Source of the DNA: Longivirga aurantiaca
Lineage (GTDB): Bacteria > Actinomycetota > Actinomycetes > S36-B12 > CAIYMF01
Reading direction: 5' to 3'
Assembly (NCBI RefSeq): GCF_042660085.1
Contig: NZ_JBHSTI010000008.1
Location: 930,001-962,000 of the forward strand
Length of the DNA: 32,000 bases
Below the pieces are notes generated by a model. It ran no database searches. It was not told the origin of the DNA and saw only the letters and a list, made by a program, of their open reading frames with translations. Position numbers and translations under genes: made by a program. Below are positions 7,803-16,283 of this stretch, one piece after another. Within the stretch, counting starts at the first letter, position 1, and each line of letters opens with the position of its first letter.

Positions 7803-8708
7803 GTGCCCGCCATCGTCCCCACGACGACCGCCACAGGCAGCGACGAGGCCACGGTCCGTCGCAGCAAGCGGTCGACGCCCTACCTGCTGCTGCTGCCGGG
7901 CCTCGGCTGGCTCGCGATCTTCTTCGTCGTCCCGCTGTTCGCCTCGCTCGCCACCTCGCTGCAGGTGCCGGCGGAGCCTGGCAATCCCGATGCCGGCTTC
8001 GTCCAGGCCTTCGAGATCTCGAACTACACGAACGCGATCACGGAGTACTACCCGCAGTTCATCCGGTCGTACGTCTTCGCCGGCCTCGCCACGCTGCTCG
8101 CGCTCGCCATCGCCTACCCGCTGGCCTACTTCATCGCCTTCAAGGCGGGGAAGTGGCGCAACATCATGCTCGTGCTGGTCGTCGCGCCGTTCTTCTGCAG
8201 CTTCCTGATCCGCACCTACGCCTGGAAGACGATCCTCGCCGACCAGAGCCCGGTCACGCAGTTCCTCAACTTCCTGGGCCTGCTTCCTGACGACCGCATC
8301 CTCAACACACCTCTTGCGGTCATCACGGGCATCGCCTACAACTTCCTCCCGTTCATGACCCTCCCGCTGTACGCGGCCCTCGAGAAGATCGACTTCCGGC
8401 TCATCGAGGCGGGCAACGACCTCTACGGCTCGCCGTGGACGACGTTCCGCAAGGTCACGTTCCCGCTGTCGCTGCCGGGCGTCGTGGCGGGCACGCTGCT
8501 CACCTTCATCCCCGCGGTCGGCGACTTCATCAACGCGCAACTGCTCGGATCCATCAAGGACAAGATGATCGGCAACGTCATCGACAGCCAGTTCCGCATC
8601 GTGCGCGACTACCCGACCGCGTCGGCGCTGTCCTTCCTGCTGATGACCTCGGTGCTGATCATCGTGTTCCTCTACATCCGCCGAGCCGGGACGGAGGACC
8701 TCGTCTGA
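7803..8708 (+). CDS. potB: Polyamine ABC transporter permease (PotB-like)
   Basis: 301 aa with six predicted TM segments. It has the ABC permease EAA-type loop (ALEKIDFRLIEAGNDLYGSPWTTFRKVTFPLSLPG). The GTG start lies 3 nt after the potA stop. Confidence 0.85.
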   Translation: MPAIVPTTTATGSDEATVRRSKRSTPYLLLLPGLGWLAIFFVVPLFASLATSLQVPAEPGNPDAGFVQAFEISNYTNAITEYYPQFIRSYVFAGLATLLALAIAYPLAYFIAFKAGKWRNIMLVLVVAPFFCSFLIRTYAWKTILADQSPVTQFLNFLGLLPDDRILNTPLAVITGIAYNFLPFMTLPLYAALEKIDFRLIEAGNDLYGSPWTTFRKVTFPLSLPGVVAGTLLTFIPAVGDFINAQLLGSIKDKMIGNVIDSQFRIVRDYPTASALSFLLMTSVLIIVFLYIRRAGTEDLV

Positions 8709-9580
8709 TGTCCACGCCGACCATCGACCGCCGCGGAGCCTCGCAGGAGCCGCGCGACTACGTGAAGAAGCGCCCCGGCGCCCTCTCCCGCGGCCTGCGC
8801 TGGGTGCGCGACCACGTCATCGCCATCGCGGCGTTCCTCGCCCTGTTCTATCTGTTCCTTCCGATCGCGATCGTCGTGATCTTCTCGTTCAACAAGCCCG
8901 AGGGCCGCCAGAACGTCCAGTGGAACGAGTTCTCGCTCGACGCCTGGACCAACATCTGCCGCGACCCCACGATCTGCGACTCGGTCGGGGTGAGCCTGCA
9001 GATCGCGTTCGTGTCGACGATCATCGCCACGCTGCTCGGCACGCTGATCTCGTTCGCGCTCGTCCGTCACCGGTTCCGGGGACGTTCGGCGACGAACCTG
9101 CTGATCTTCCTGCCGATGGCCACGCCGGAGGTCGTCCTCGGCGCCTCGCTGCTCGCCCTGTTCCTCAACCTGGGCGCGCCGCTCGGCACGGGCACGATCA
9201 TCATCGCCCACATCATGTTCTGCATCAGCTTCGTCGTGGTGTCGGTGAAGGCCCGCCTCGCGGGCCTCGACCCACGGCTCGAGCAGGCGGCGTCAGACCT
9301 CTACGCCGACGAGCGCGCGACGTTCCGCTACGTCACGCTCCCGCTCGTGATGCCGGGCATCGTGTCGGCGGCGCTGCTCGCGTTCTCGCTGTCGTTCGAC
9401 GACTTCATCATCACGAACTTCAACAACGGCACCACCGTCACGTTCCCGCTGTACGTGTGGGGCGCCGCCCAGCGCGGCATCCCGCCGCAGGTCAACGTGA
9501 TCGGGTCGATCATGTTCTTCGCCGCGCTGTTCATCGTGGTGATCGCACAGGTCGTGGGTGCGGCGCGCCGCAAGAAGTAG
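8708..9580 (+). CDS. potC: Polyamine ABC transporter permease (PotC-like)
   Basis: 290 aa. Its ATG overlaps the potB TGA by 1 nt (cTGATG). It has the permease loop LEQAASDLYADERATFRYVTLPLVMPG and multiple TM segments. Confidence 0.85.
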   Translation: MSTPTIDRRGASQEPRDYVKKRPGALSRGLRWVRDHVIAIAAFLALFYLFLPIAIVVIFSFNKPEGRQNVQWNEFSLDAWTNICRDPTICDSVGVSLQIAFVSTIIATLLGTLISFALVRHRFRGRSATNLLIFLPMATPEVVLGASLLALFLNLGAPLGTGTIIIAHIMFCISFVVVSVKARLAGLDPRLEQAASDLYADERATFRYVTLPLVMPGIVSAALLAFSLSFDDFIITNFNNGTTVTFPLYVWGAAQRGIPPQVNVIGSIMFFAALFIVVIAQVVGAARRKK

Positions 9581-9593
9581 CCGAGACACCGAA

Positions 9594-9630
9594 CGAGGCC
9601 GCGTCCACCCGCACGGGGGGCGCGGCCTCG
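9594..9630 (+). terminator. Hairpin after potC (10-bp perfect stem)
   Basis: CGAGGCCGCG (9594-9603) pairs with CGCGGCCTCG (9621-9630). The loop can extend the stem through CCC/GGG pairing. It starts 14 nt after the stop, and no U-tract follows. Confidence 0.55.
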
Positions 9631-9691
9631 TCCTCGGAGGAGGCACCTTCCCTCGCGCCGGTTCCGCGGGTCCCAGGAGGCTGCCGCACTT

Positions 9692-9707
9692 CTGAACGGT
9701 CGTTCAG
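9692..9707. promoter_or_regulatory. 16-bp palindrome CTGAACG-GT-CGTTCAG, candidate operator upstream of the FAD oxidase gene
   Basis: Perfect 7-bp arms sit in the 238-bp gap between potC and the oxidase gene. The site is followed by AGGAT-N7-ATCCT (9706-9722), which contains a TATCCT -10-like hexamer. Confidence 0.4.
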
Positions 9708-9818
9708 GATGTGCGCTATCCTGGCGGCGCCACGGGAGGACGCTGGCGGAACCCTCCGCCCGCCCGTGACGGCCGCAGCCTCCGGAGGACCCGGGGCGGT
9801 CCACCCCGAGGACTCACC

Positions 9819-11252
9819 GTGCCCTTCGCACGCAGCCCCCGCCCTTCGTCGTACGACGCCGTCCGTGACGCCTCGCCGCTCTCGTTCTGGCTCGACGACG
9901 CGCGGCGCCCCGACGCCCTCCCCGCGCACGCCGGAACGACCGACGCCGACCTGCTCGTGGTCGGCGGCGGCTACAGCGGGCTCTGGACCGCGCTGCTCGC
10001 CAAGGAGGCCGAGCCCGCCCGGGACGTGCTCCTGCTCGAGGGCTCGCGCATCGGATGGGCGGCGTCCGGCCGCAACGGCGGCTTCTGCTCGCCCTCGATC
10101 ACCCACGGCCTCGACAACGGCCTCGCCCGCTGGCCCGCCGAGATGACCACGCTGGTGCACCTGGGCAACCAGAACCTCGACGAGCTCGAGGCCACCCTCG
10201 TCCGCTACGGCATCGACTGCTCGTTCGAGCGCAACGGCGAGCTCGGGGTCGCCACCGAGCACTACCAGTCCGAGGGGTTCGCCGAGGCCGTCGAGGCGGC
10301 GGCCTCCGTCGGCATGAGCGTCGAGGCGCTCGACCGCGACCAGGTCCGCGCGCTCGTCGACTCCCCGCTCTACGTGGGTGCGATCCATGACCCGAACGGC
10401 AGCGCTCTCGTCAACCCCGCGCGCCTCGCGTGGGGCCTGCGCGACGCGTGCCTCTCCCTCGGAGTCCGCATCCACGAGGGCACGCGCGCGACCGGCTTCG
10501 GCGACACCGCCGGCCCAGCGGTCGAGGTCACGACCGAGTCCGAGGACGGGCCCGGGCTCGTGCGGGCCCGCCGGGTCGCCCTCGGCACCAACGCCTTCCC
10601 GCCGCTGCTGCGCCGGCTGAAGCACCTGCTCGTCCCCGTCTACGACTACGTCCTCATGACCGAGCCGCTCACGGCCGACCAGTGGGCGAGCATCGGCTGG
10701 GCGGGGCGCCAGGGCATCGGCGACTCGGGCAACCAGTTCCACTACTACCGCCCCACCGACGACGGCCGGATCCTGTTCGGCGGCTACGACGCCATCTACA
10801 ACCGGGGCAACGGCATGGGCTCCGCGTACGACCAGCGGCCGGAGTCGTTCGCGCTGCTGGCCGAGCACCTCGTCGAGGTGTTCCCCCAGCTCGAAGGGGT
10901 CCGCGCGACGCACGCGTGGGGCGGTGCCATCGACACCTGCTCGCGGTTCTCGGCCTTCTACGGCACCGCCCGGGACGGCAGGGTGGCGTACGCCGCGGGG
11001 TACACCGGCCTGGGCGTCGGCGCGACCCGCTTCGGCGCTGCCGTGATGCTGGATCTCCTCGACGGGAGGGACACCGAGCGCACGCGTACCGAGATGGTGC
11101 GCACGACCCCGCTGCCCTTCCCGCCGGAGCCCCTTCGCCAGGCCGCTATCGAGCTCACCCGGTGGTCGCTCGACCGCGCCGACCGCACCGAGGGCCGCCG
11201 CAACCTGTGGCTGCGCACCCTGGACCGGCTCGGGCTCGGCTTCGACTCCTGA
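9819..11252 (+). CDS. FAD-dependent oxidoreductase, PuuB/OrdL-like (gamma-glutamylputrescine oxidase family, DAO fold)
   Basis: The dinucleotide-binding motif DLLVVGGGYSGLWTALLAKE..LLLEGSRIGWAASGRNGG parallels E. coli PuuB (VCVVGGGYTGL..LEASRIGFGASGRNGG, recalled). The start is placed at GTG 9819, 6 nt after GAGGA. The track ORF start at 9711 adds Arg/Gly-rich sequence. Confidence 0.8.
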   Translation: MPFARSPRPSSYDAVRDASPLSFWLDDARRPDALPAHAGTTDADLLVVGGGYSGLWTALLAKEAEPARDVLLLEGSRIGWAASGRNGGFCSPSITHGLDNGLARWPAEMTTLVHLGNQNLDELEATLVRYGIDCSFERNGELGVATEHYQSEGFAEAVEAAASVGMSVEALDRDQVRALVDSPLYVGAIHDPNGSALVNPARLAWGLRDACLSLGVRIHEGTRATGFGDTAGPAVEVTTESEDGPGLVRARRVALGTNAFPPLLRRLKHLLVPVYDYVLMTEPLTADQWASIGWAGRQGIGDSGNQFHYYRPTDDGRILFGGYDAIYNRGNGMGSAYDQRPESFALLAEHLVEVFPQLEGVRATHAWGGAIDTCSRFSAFYGTARDGRVAYAAGYTGLGVGATRFGAAVMLDLLDGRDTERTRTEMVRTTPLPFPPEPLRQAAIELTRWSLDRADRTEGRRNLWLRTLDRLGLGFDS

Positions 11253-11330
11253 GCCGCCGCAGGCGCCTCTCTCGGCATGACTGCGCACCGCGCCCAGGCC
11301 TACCGTGGGAGTGGAAGCGAGGCGAGTGCC

Positions 11331-12413
11331 ATGTCCACGACGCCGGGTCGCGCCACCCACACCACCCTCCAGCCCACCACGGCCCCCGACCGGGGCCTCG
11401 AGGCGGCGCTCGACCGCCTGCGGACGCGCGGAGTGCTCTCCGCGGAGCAGGCCGGGGCCGTGCTCGAGGAGGTGGGTGCGGCCGGACCCCCGGCCGAGGC
11501 CGCGGCCGCCCGCCCCGCCGTCCGTGCCCGCATCGTCGAGGCCGTGGCCTACCTCGGCGCCGTGCTCGTCGCGGCGTCCGCGGTCGCGTTCATCGCCCAG
11601 TCGTGGGAGGACCTCGGGGACGGCGCGCGCCTGCTGCTGCTCGGCGCCTCCGCCCTCGCCGCGTACGGCGCGGGCGCGCTCGTCGGCTTGACGGTGGCGG
11701 GCGGCCGGGCCGCGCTGCGCGAGCACGTCCACGCGGCTCGGCGCCGGGTGTCGGGCTCGCTCATGGCCCTCGGCTCCGTGCTGGGCGCCCTGCTGGTCAC
11801 GCAGGTGCTCGACCTCCAGGACCTGCAGGCCATCGTCGCGGGCGGGGCCAGCGCGCTCGTGCTGCTCGTCGGCGCCCAGGTGCTCGCGCCCAGCGCCGTC
11901 ACCGAGACGGGCCTGCTCGCCGCGACCCTCGCGGTGGTGGGCGCCGGCACGAGCCTGGTGATCCCCGACCGGGTCTCGGAGGAGCAGTACTACTCGTGGG
12001 ACGAGTACGTGCGCTCGACCGAGGAGGTCGTCATCCCCGTCGTGCTGGCCGTGACCGGGGTCGTGTGGGGTTGGCTGGTGGCACGTGCGCTCACCCTGCC
12101 GGTGCTGGCCGCCGCGTTCGGAGCAGCCGTGTCGTTGTTCGCCGGCATGATCCTCATCACGAGCGCCGGGCCGCTGTGGCCGGGGGCGCTGCTGCTGGGC
12201 TGCCTCGCGGTGATCGGCTTCGTGCTCAACCTGGCCACCCGCGCCTCTCCCTGGGTGGCCCTGGCCGTGCTCGCGCTGACGCTCGTGGTCTTTGTGGTAG
12301 TCGGGCAGCAGTCGGCGCCCGCGCTGGCCTTCCTGCTCGCCGGGCTCGTGCTGCTGGGCGGAGCCCTGGGTGCCTGGTGGCTGGGTCGGCACCGCGCCCG
12401 CCTGACACAGTGA
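11331..12413 (+). CDS. Polytopic membrane protein of unknown function
   Basis: A soluble N-terminal segment (GLEAALDRLRTRGVLSAEQAGAVLEEV) is followed by about 8 hydrophobic segments. Third-position GC is high. ATG 11331 follows GAGG, and ATG 11277 is an alternative start. I cannot name a confident family. Confidence 0.6.
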   Translation: MSTTPGRATHTTLQPTTAPDRGLEAALDRLRTRGVLSAEQAGAVLEEVGAAGPPAEAAAARPAVRARIVEAVAYLGAVLVAASAVAFIAQSWEDLGDGARLLLLGASALAAYGAGALVGLTVAGGRAALREHVHAARRRVSGSLMALGSVLGALLVTQVLDLQDLQAIVAGGASALVLLVGAQVLAPSAVTETGLLAATLAVVGAGTSLVIPDRVSEEQYYSWDEYVRSTEEVVIPVVLAVTGVVWGWLVARALTLPVLAAAFGAAVSLFAGMILITSAGPLWPGALLLGCLAVIGFVLNLATRASPWVALAVLALTLVVFVVVGQQSAPALAFLLAGLVLLGGALGAWWLGRHRARLTQ

Positions 12414-12482
12414 CAAGGTGATGGGCGCCAAGCCGTCAGGCTGGCGCTGGTGCCGCGGTCCCCCAGCGGCCAGGATGAGCGC

Positions 12483-13982
12483 ATGACCGAGCCCACGCGT
12501 ATCTCCCACTGGATCGACGGCAAGCCCTTCGGAGGTGTCGCCGAGCGCACCGGAGAGGTGCGCGACCCCGCCACCGGCGCCCTGTCCGGCCGCGTCGACT
12601 TCGCCACCAGCGAGGTCATGGACGAGGCCGTCGCCGCGGCCAAGGCCGCCTTCGCGGAGTGGGGCAAGACCTCGCTCACCAAGCGCGCGACCGTGCTCTT
12701 CGCCTTCCGCCACCTCCTGAACGAGCGCAAGGAGGAGCTCGCCGCGATCATCACGGCCGAGCACGGCAAGGTCCTGTCCGACGCCCTGGGCGAGGTCACC
12801 CGCGGCCTCGAGGTCGTCGAGTTCGCCTGCGGCATCCCGCACCTGCTCAAGGGCGGCTACTCCGAGGGAGTCTCGACCGGCGTCGACGTCTACTCGATCC
12901 GGCAGCCGCTCGGCGTCGTCGGCATCATCTCGCCGTTCAACTTCCCGGCCATGGTCCCGATGTGGTTCTTCCCCATCGCGATCGCGGCGGGCAACACCGT
13001 CATCGTGAAGCCGTCCGAGAAGGACCCGTCGGCCGCGAACTTCATCGCGCAGCTGTGGGCCGAGGCCGGCCTTCCCGCGGGCGTGTTCAACGTCGTCCAC
13101 GGCGACAAGGTCGCCGTCGACTCCCTGCTCACGCACAAGGACGTCAAGAGCGTCTCGTTCGTCGGCTCGACCGCGATCGCGAAGTACGTCTACGAGACCG
13201 GCACCGCGCACGGCAAGCGGGTGCAGGCCCTCGGCGGCGCCAAGAACCACATGGTCGTCCTCCCCGACGCCGACCTCGACCTCGCTGCGGACGCCGCGGT
13301 CAACGCCGGCTTCGGCTCCGCCGGCGAGCGGTGCATGGCCATCTCGGCCCTGGTCTGCGTGGGCGACGTCGCCGACCCGCTGGTCGCCAAGATCAGCGAG
13401 CGCATGGCCACGCTGCGCACCGGCGACGGCCGTCGCGGCTCCGACATGGGCCCGCTCGTCACCGAGGTGCACCGCGACAAGGTGAAGTCGTACATCGACG
13501 CCGGCGAGGCCGACGGCGCCACGATCGTGGTCGACGGCCGCAACCCCGAGGTCGACGGCGAGCCCGGCGGCTACTGGCTCGGCCCCACGCTCATCGACAA
13601 CGTCACCACCGACATGTCGGTCTACACCGACGAGATCTTCGGCCCGGTGCTGTCGGTCGTCCGCGTCGACTCGTACGACGTGGCCCTGCAGATGGTCAAC
13701 GACCACCCGTACGGCAACGGCACCGCGATCTTCACCAACGACGGCGGCGCCGCGCGCCGCTACCAGAACGAGGTCGAGGTCGGCATGGTCGGCATCAACG
13801 TGCCGATCCCCGTGCCGATGGCGTACTACTCGTTCGGCGGCTGGAAGAGCTCGCTCTTCGGCGACAGCCACGCGCACGGCACCGAGGGTGTGCACTTCTT
13901 CACCCGCGGCAAGGTCGTCACCTCGCGCTGGCTCGACCCCAGCCACGGCGGCATCAACCTGGGCTTCCCGACCCACGGCTGA
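12483..13982 (+). CDS. mmsA: CoA-acylating methylmalonate-/malonate-semialdehyde dehydrogenase
   Basis: 499 aa with MmsA hallmarks: ISPFNFPAMVPMWFFPIAIAAGNTVIVKPSEKDP, GGAKNH, GSAGERCMA, GINVPIPVPMAYYSFGGWKSSLFGD. Confidence 0.9.
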   Translation: MTEPTRISHWIDGKPFGGVAERTGEVRDPATGALSGRVDFATSEVMDEAVAAAKAAFAEWGKTSLTKRATVLFAFRHLLNERKEELAAIITAEHGKVLSDALGEVTRGLEVVEFACGIPHLLKGGYSEGVSTGVDVYSIRQPLGVVGIISPFNFPAMVPMWFFPIAIAAGNTVIVKPSEKDPSAANFIAQLWAEAGLPAGVFNVVHGDKVAVDSLLTHKDVKSVSFVGSTAIAKYVYETGTAHGKRVQALGGAKNHMVVLPDADLDLAADAAVNAGFGSAGERCMAISALVCVGDVADPLVAKISERMATLRTGDGRRGSDMGPLVTEVHRDKVKSYIDAGEADGATIVVDGRNPEVDGEPGGYWLGPTLIDNVTTDMSVYTDEIFGPVLSVVRVDSYDVALQMVNDHPYGNGTAIFTNDGGAARRYQNEVEVGMVGINVPIPVPMAYYSFGGWKSSLFGDSHAHGTEGVHFFTRGKVVTSRWLDPSHGGINLGFPTHG

Positions 13983-13995
13983 TCCGCGCAGCTCT

Positions 13996-14029
13996 CGACA
14001 GGGCCTCGCCTCCGGGCGGGGCCCTGTCG
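13996..14029. terminator. Hairpin between the convergent mmsA and HTH-DUF805 genes
   Basis: CGACAGGGCC (13996-14005) pairs with GGCCCTGTCG (14020-14029). A second small hairpin, GCGTCG-N5-CGACGC, lies at 14052-14068 next to the stop of the minus-strand gene. Confidence 0.6.
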
Positions 14030-14076
14030 GCGTCCCGGCACGCCCCCACGCGTCGGCGCGCGACGCCTGACCGTGC

Positions 14077-14682
14077 TCAGGCCGTGCTGCCCTCGCTGCT
14101 GAGCGAGTCCTCGGCAGTGCCCTCGGTGCTCGGCTCCGGGTCCGGGACCGCCCGCCGGCGCGCAGCCTCCTCGTCGGTCGGCAGCACGAGCAGGGTGAGG
14201 GGGACGACGAACCCGAACGGCGCGAGGGCGAACAGCTGCCACCAGCCGCTGCGCCCGGTGTCGTGCAGCCGCCGGGCGCCCACCGCAGCCAGCGGGAGGG
14301 CGAGAAGCACGGCAAGGGCTGCGCCCACCGCCTCGGACAGCGAGGCCGCCGCGCCGGTGACGAGCGCGAAGGCGAGGAAGAACCACCAGTAGTCGGGGCG
14401 GCTCGCCCTGCCCTCGAAGTCGGCGAACCGGCGGAGACCCTCGCGGACGGCGACCACGGCGGGGGTGTCGTCCCATCGCGGCTCGGGCTGCTCGGCTCCT
14501 GGGTCGGACGCCGTGATCTCGGCGACGTCCAGCCCGAGCGCCTCGGCCAGCAGCCGGGCCGACGACAGGCCGGGCCGGCCACCGGTCTCGATGCGCTGGA
14601 TCGTCCGCACGCTGAGCCCCGTCCGCTCGGCGAGCTCCTCCTGGGACCAGCCCCGTGCCTGTCGCGCTTCTCGTACGTCCAT
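14077..14682 (-). CDS. XRE-family HTH domain fused to a DUF805 membrane domain
   Basis: 201 aa counted from ATG 14682. The N-terminus ARQARGWSQEELAERTGLSVRTIQRIETG is an XRE HTH. The C-terminus FADFEGRASRPDYWWFFL..LPLAAVGARRLHDTGRSGWWQL matches the DUF805 signature (GR..R.EYW and RRLHD.G.SGWW). Confidence 0.75.
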   Translation of the reverse strand: MDVREARQARGWSQEELAERTGLSVRTIQRIETGGRPGLSSARLLAEALGLDVAEITASDPGAEQPEPRWDDTPAVVAVREGLRRFADFEGRASRPDYWWFFLAFALVTGAAASLSEAVGAALAVLLALPLAAVGARRLHDTGRSGWWQLFALAPFGFVVPLTLLVLPTDEEAARRRAVPDPEPSTEGTAEDSLSSEGSTA

Positions 14683-14908
14683 GGGGTCGATCCTGCCCGG
14701 TCGTTCGGCCGGGGGACACGACGCCAACCCGTCGTCTCCCCGACACGGTGCGGGCGTCGTCGCGCGCAGTGACGGCGTCGGGCGCCGAACGGCCCGGAAT
14801 GACCGCTTCGTCACCGTCTGTGGCCCTGTTCCGCAGCGCGCACGGCGTGTCGCATAACGGTTCCCGGGACTTCCCCCGCGACCGCGGGGCAGCGCCTACC
14901 GTCGAGCC

Positions 14909-15310
14909 ATGAGGCTCACCGTCGTTCTGGACTGCCTCGACCCGGACTCGGCCGTCGAGTTCTGGTCGCTCGCCCTCGGGTACACGCTCTCCGACAAGCT
15001 GGACGAGTACCGCGTGCTCGTCCCCTCACCCGGTCGCGACGCGTCGCCGGCCGAGATCCACGGTCCGGTCCTGATCCTCGCCCAGAGCGAGGACCCCAAG
15101 GCCGGCAAGAACCGCATGCACATCGACGTCCACCCCGACGACGCCGAGGCGCACATCATGCGGCTGCAGCGCCTCGGCGCGACGATCGTCGGCGAACGGG
15201 TCGAGCGCTTCGGGATCTGGTGGCAGGTGATGGCCGACCCCGAGGGCAACGAGCTGTGCGTGGTGTCCGGAGCGCAGGGCCACGACGAGGGCGACGCCAG
15301 CTCCGGCTGA
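14909..15310 (+). CDS. VOC/glyoxalase-like domain protein
   Basis: 133 aa. LDCLDPDSAVEFWSLALGY..NRMHIDVHPDD..HIMRLQRLGA..WQVMADPEGNELCV is typical of the glyoxalase-like (VOC) small-protein family common in actinobacteria. Confidence 0.75.
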   Translation: MRLTVVLDCLDPDSAVEFWSLALGYTLSDKLDEYRVLVPSPGRDASPAEIHGPVLILAQSEDPKAGKNRMHIDVHPDDAEAHIMRLQRLGATIVGERVERFGIWWQVMADPEGNELCVVSGAQGHDEGDASSG

Positions 15311-15322
15311 CCCGCCGGGCGC

Positions 15323-16185
15323 TCAGGCGCCGCCGCGTCGCTCGAGCTCCTCCTCGAGCACGTCGAGCACGTTCTCGACACTGTCCACGTCGACGTCGGC
15401 ACCCGCGGGAACGTCATGCGACACGACCACCGCGTGCTCGCCCTCGGGCACGAAGACGAACGTGAGCGCGACCGCGCCGAGCAACGGCAGCAGGCCCGTG
15501 AGCACGAACTCGCGCGCCGAGGTCGTGAGGTCGCGGCGGAAGTACCACACGCTCGTGTAGCCGGTGAGCGCGTAGTAGAAGGTGATCGCGAGACCGACGA
15601 GAAGATGACGAGCACGCCGCACTGGAAGTAGACGAGGAGGTTCTGCACCCGCGCGCTGATCTCGATGCCTCGGTAGCTGACGTACGTCATGAGCGCGATC
15701 GACAGGGCGCCGAGGCTGGTGACCGCTGCAGGATTGTTCGGCAGGTCTGCCGCCTGCTCGATGCCCAGCGAGTACAGCGCGCTGTAGAAGTAGTAGGCGG
15801 CCACCTCGGCCGCGTTGGCCAGGAAGATCGTGCCGGCGAGCGCGACGGCCCATCCGCCGATCCAGCCGACCCACGGTCCGAAGGCCTTGGCACCCCAGGT
15901 GAAGGTCGTGCCGCAGTCGGGCACGGCGCGGTTGAGCTCGCAGTATGCGAACGCCGTGAACAGCATGGGGATGAACGCCACGAGGACCGCTGCGGCGGTG
16001 TACTCGCCCACCTCGAGGACGACGTAGCCGATCGTCGCGGCCAGCGAGTACGCCGGCGCCGTGGACGCGAGCCCGATGATGACGCTGCCCTTGAGCGTCA
16101 GTGCGTGGGACGCAAGTCCCTTGTCGCGCAGGTCTCCGGACCTGTCGACCGCGACGAGGTGGCCGTGCTCGCTCCCCGTGGACAT
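15323..16185 (-). pseudogene. APC-superfamily amino-acid/polyamine permease remnant: internal deletion plus frameshift
   Basis: The N-terminal ~195 aa (ATG 16185 after GGAGGAG; MSTGSEHG..TLKGSVIIGLASTAPAYSLAAT..ARVQNLLVYFQCGVLVIF, about TM1-5) are in one frame. The C-terminal ~90 aa (LVGLAITFYYALTGYTSVWYFRRDL..LLPLLGAVALTFVFV..*, last two TMs) are in the -1 frame. The switch occurs at about 15596-15606. The total of 863 nt is not a multiple of 3 and encodes about 7 TM segments, against 12 TMs and about 470-500 aa for intact family members. Confidence 0.7.
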
Positions 16186-16283
16186 GACGTCTCCTCCCCA
16201 CGGACCGCGGGCCGGCGTGCCGTGATGGCGGGCAGCAGCCTGGGCGTGGGTCCGACGTCCGGGGGAGGGGTCATGCCGTTCCT

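Noticed and set aside
9531-14582. 1683-aa minus-strand ORF spanning five plus-strand genes
   Set aside because: It is antisense to the PuuB-like oxidase, the membrane protein and mmsA, all of which have strong family motifs. Its translation is Arg/Gly/Ala/Pro-rich with no recognisable domain. This is a high-GC artefact. The same reasoning applies to 6444-8540(-), 16954-19398(-), 21590-23134(-), 22366-24051(-), 27246-28781(-) and 1583-3283(+).
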